The notes beneath the pieces were generated by a model. The model was not told the origin of the DNA and searched no databases. It saw only the letters and a program-made list of their open reading frames with translations. Below, piece after piece: positions 29,894-30,687 of a DNA stretch of 30,687 nt. The DNA is taken from NCBI GenBank assembly GCA_043719425.1, contig JAYSTV010000611.1, positions 1 through 30,687 of the forward strand. The letters run 5' to 3'. The translations under genes were made by a program, and so were the position numbers. The stretch is from Acidimicrobiia bacterium (GTDB lineage Bacteria > Actinomycetota > Acidimicrobiia > Acidimicrobiales > JANYDT01). The first letter of the stretch is position 1, and each line of letters starts with the position of its first letter.

Positions 29894-30687
29894 CTATTTC
29901 ACGGAGTTCACCGTGGACGCCAGGGGCACATCGGGAGGACGACCAGCGGCCAATGTTGGGGCGGTTCCCGTGCGCAGCGCATGCTGGCGATGGCCGTGCG
30001 CCCGAAGCCGTCGCCGAGTACGAAGGAGCTTCGGGGTGAACTTCTCCACGACACGATCCGAGGACCAGTGAGCCGGCGGAGCAACAACCACCGTGGCCAG
30101 ACGAATCAGCGTCGTGTCGTAGTTGACCCGCCACCCGCAGAAGTCGGCCCACGCCTTTTCTCGATCGGCCTTCAACGGAAGGCCGGCCGCCTCGAGTTCG
30201 ATGTACATCAGATCGAACTCGCGTCGCGAGATGCTGATCGGATCCGTCGGCTTCGGATCATCGTTGTGCGCGATCATGAAGTAGTCGGAGATTCGACGCA
30301 GCGACAGAAACCCAGCCCGCAGGCACAGCGCCGCCTGAGCCGACCGCTTGCGGTCCAACACACTCAGCGACAACGCCGCGGTGTCCAACACACATCCGGC
30401 GGCGGTGATCCACGAACGGTCAGGCCGCGGCGACCGAAAGAAGTTCAGCGCAGCAAAGTTGGTGTGACTCTCTTCGACTTCGACGAACCAGTCCTCCCAT
30501 CGACTGAAGAACGGTTCGAGTTCGTCGAGCCCGCCGACAAAGCTGAACCGCACCAGCATGGTCACGGGCGACGGTGGCGTTCCGGCCCGCGATTCGAGGA
30601 GACCGACGAGCGCTTCGCGCTTGGAGAACGCCGCATAGATCGCCGGCAGATACGAGATGAGCAGCGCCACCACGATGAGACCGAGCG
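29894..30687 (-). CDS. C-terminal part of an ion-channel-like (Ion_trans_2 / potassium channel family-associated) membrane protein; 5' end lies outside the window
   Basis: Frame is open to the window edge (LGLIVVALLISYLPAIYAAFSKRE..V..LE.RAG.PPSP; ESHTNF..L..FRSP....SWITA...LDTAAL). Confidence 0.65.
   Translation of the reverse strand, partial: LGLIVVALLISYLPAIYAAFSKREALVGLLESRAGTPPSPVTMLVRFSFVGGLDELEPFFSRWEDWFVEVEESHTNFAALNFFRSPRPDRSWITAAGCVLDTAALSLSVLDRKRSAQAALCLRAGFLSLRRISDYFMIAHNDDPKPTDPISISRREFDLMYIELEAAGLPLKADREKAWADFCGWRVNYDTTLIRLATVVVAPPAHWSSDRVVEKFTPKLLRTRRRLRAHGHRQHALRTGTAPTLAAGRPPDVPLASTVNSVK

Overview
High-GC chromosomal window. Gene content and protein styles suggest an actinobacterium, probably Acidimicrobiia (inference). 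It holds about 25 mostly metabolic or envelope genes: an LLM oxidoreductase (partial), a CodA-like deaminase, a divergent solute-binding lipoprotein, TetR, a 4-TM membrane protein, a Mo-domain oxidoreductase, a phytoene-dehydrogenase-like protein, DUF2461, a Pcs-like synthase, creatininase, VanW, CorA, DUF1800/DUF1501, VOC, an F420-type LLM, gltD/gltB, thrH, a GT-C/GT2 pair, a geranylgeranyl-reductase-family protein, MMPL and a partial channel-like protein. I saw no rRNA, tRNA, CRISPR array or intact transposase/integrase. The best candidate for an undescribed system is a lower-GC islet at about 3.0-5.4 kb. In it, four related 18-bp palindromes (core ATAC-N6-GTAT) overlap the predicted promoters of the TetR gene and of a convergent, translationally coupled pair: a Mo-domain protein with an apparent in-frame deletion of roughly 60 aa, and a His-rich 4-TM protein. 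Other notable points are a 16-bp duplication of the gltB 3' end that forms an 11-aa mini-ORF in an AT-rich gltB-gltD spacer, and a CodA-like deaminase whose specificity residues differ from cytosine deaminase. Family assignments come from motif recognition by eye; no database searches were run.
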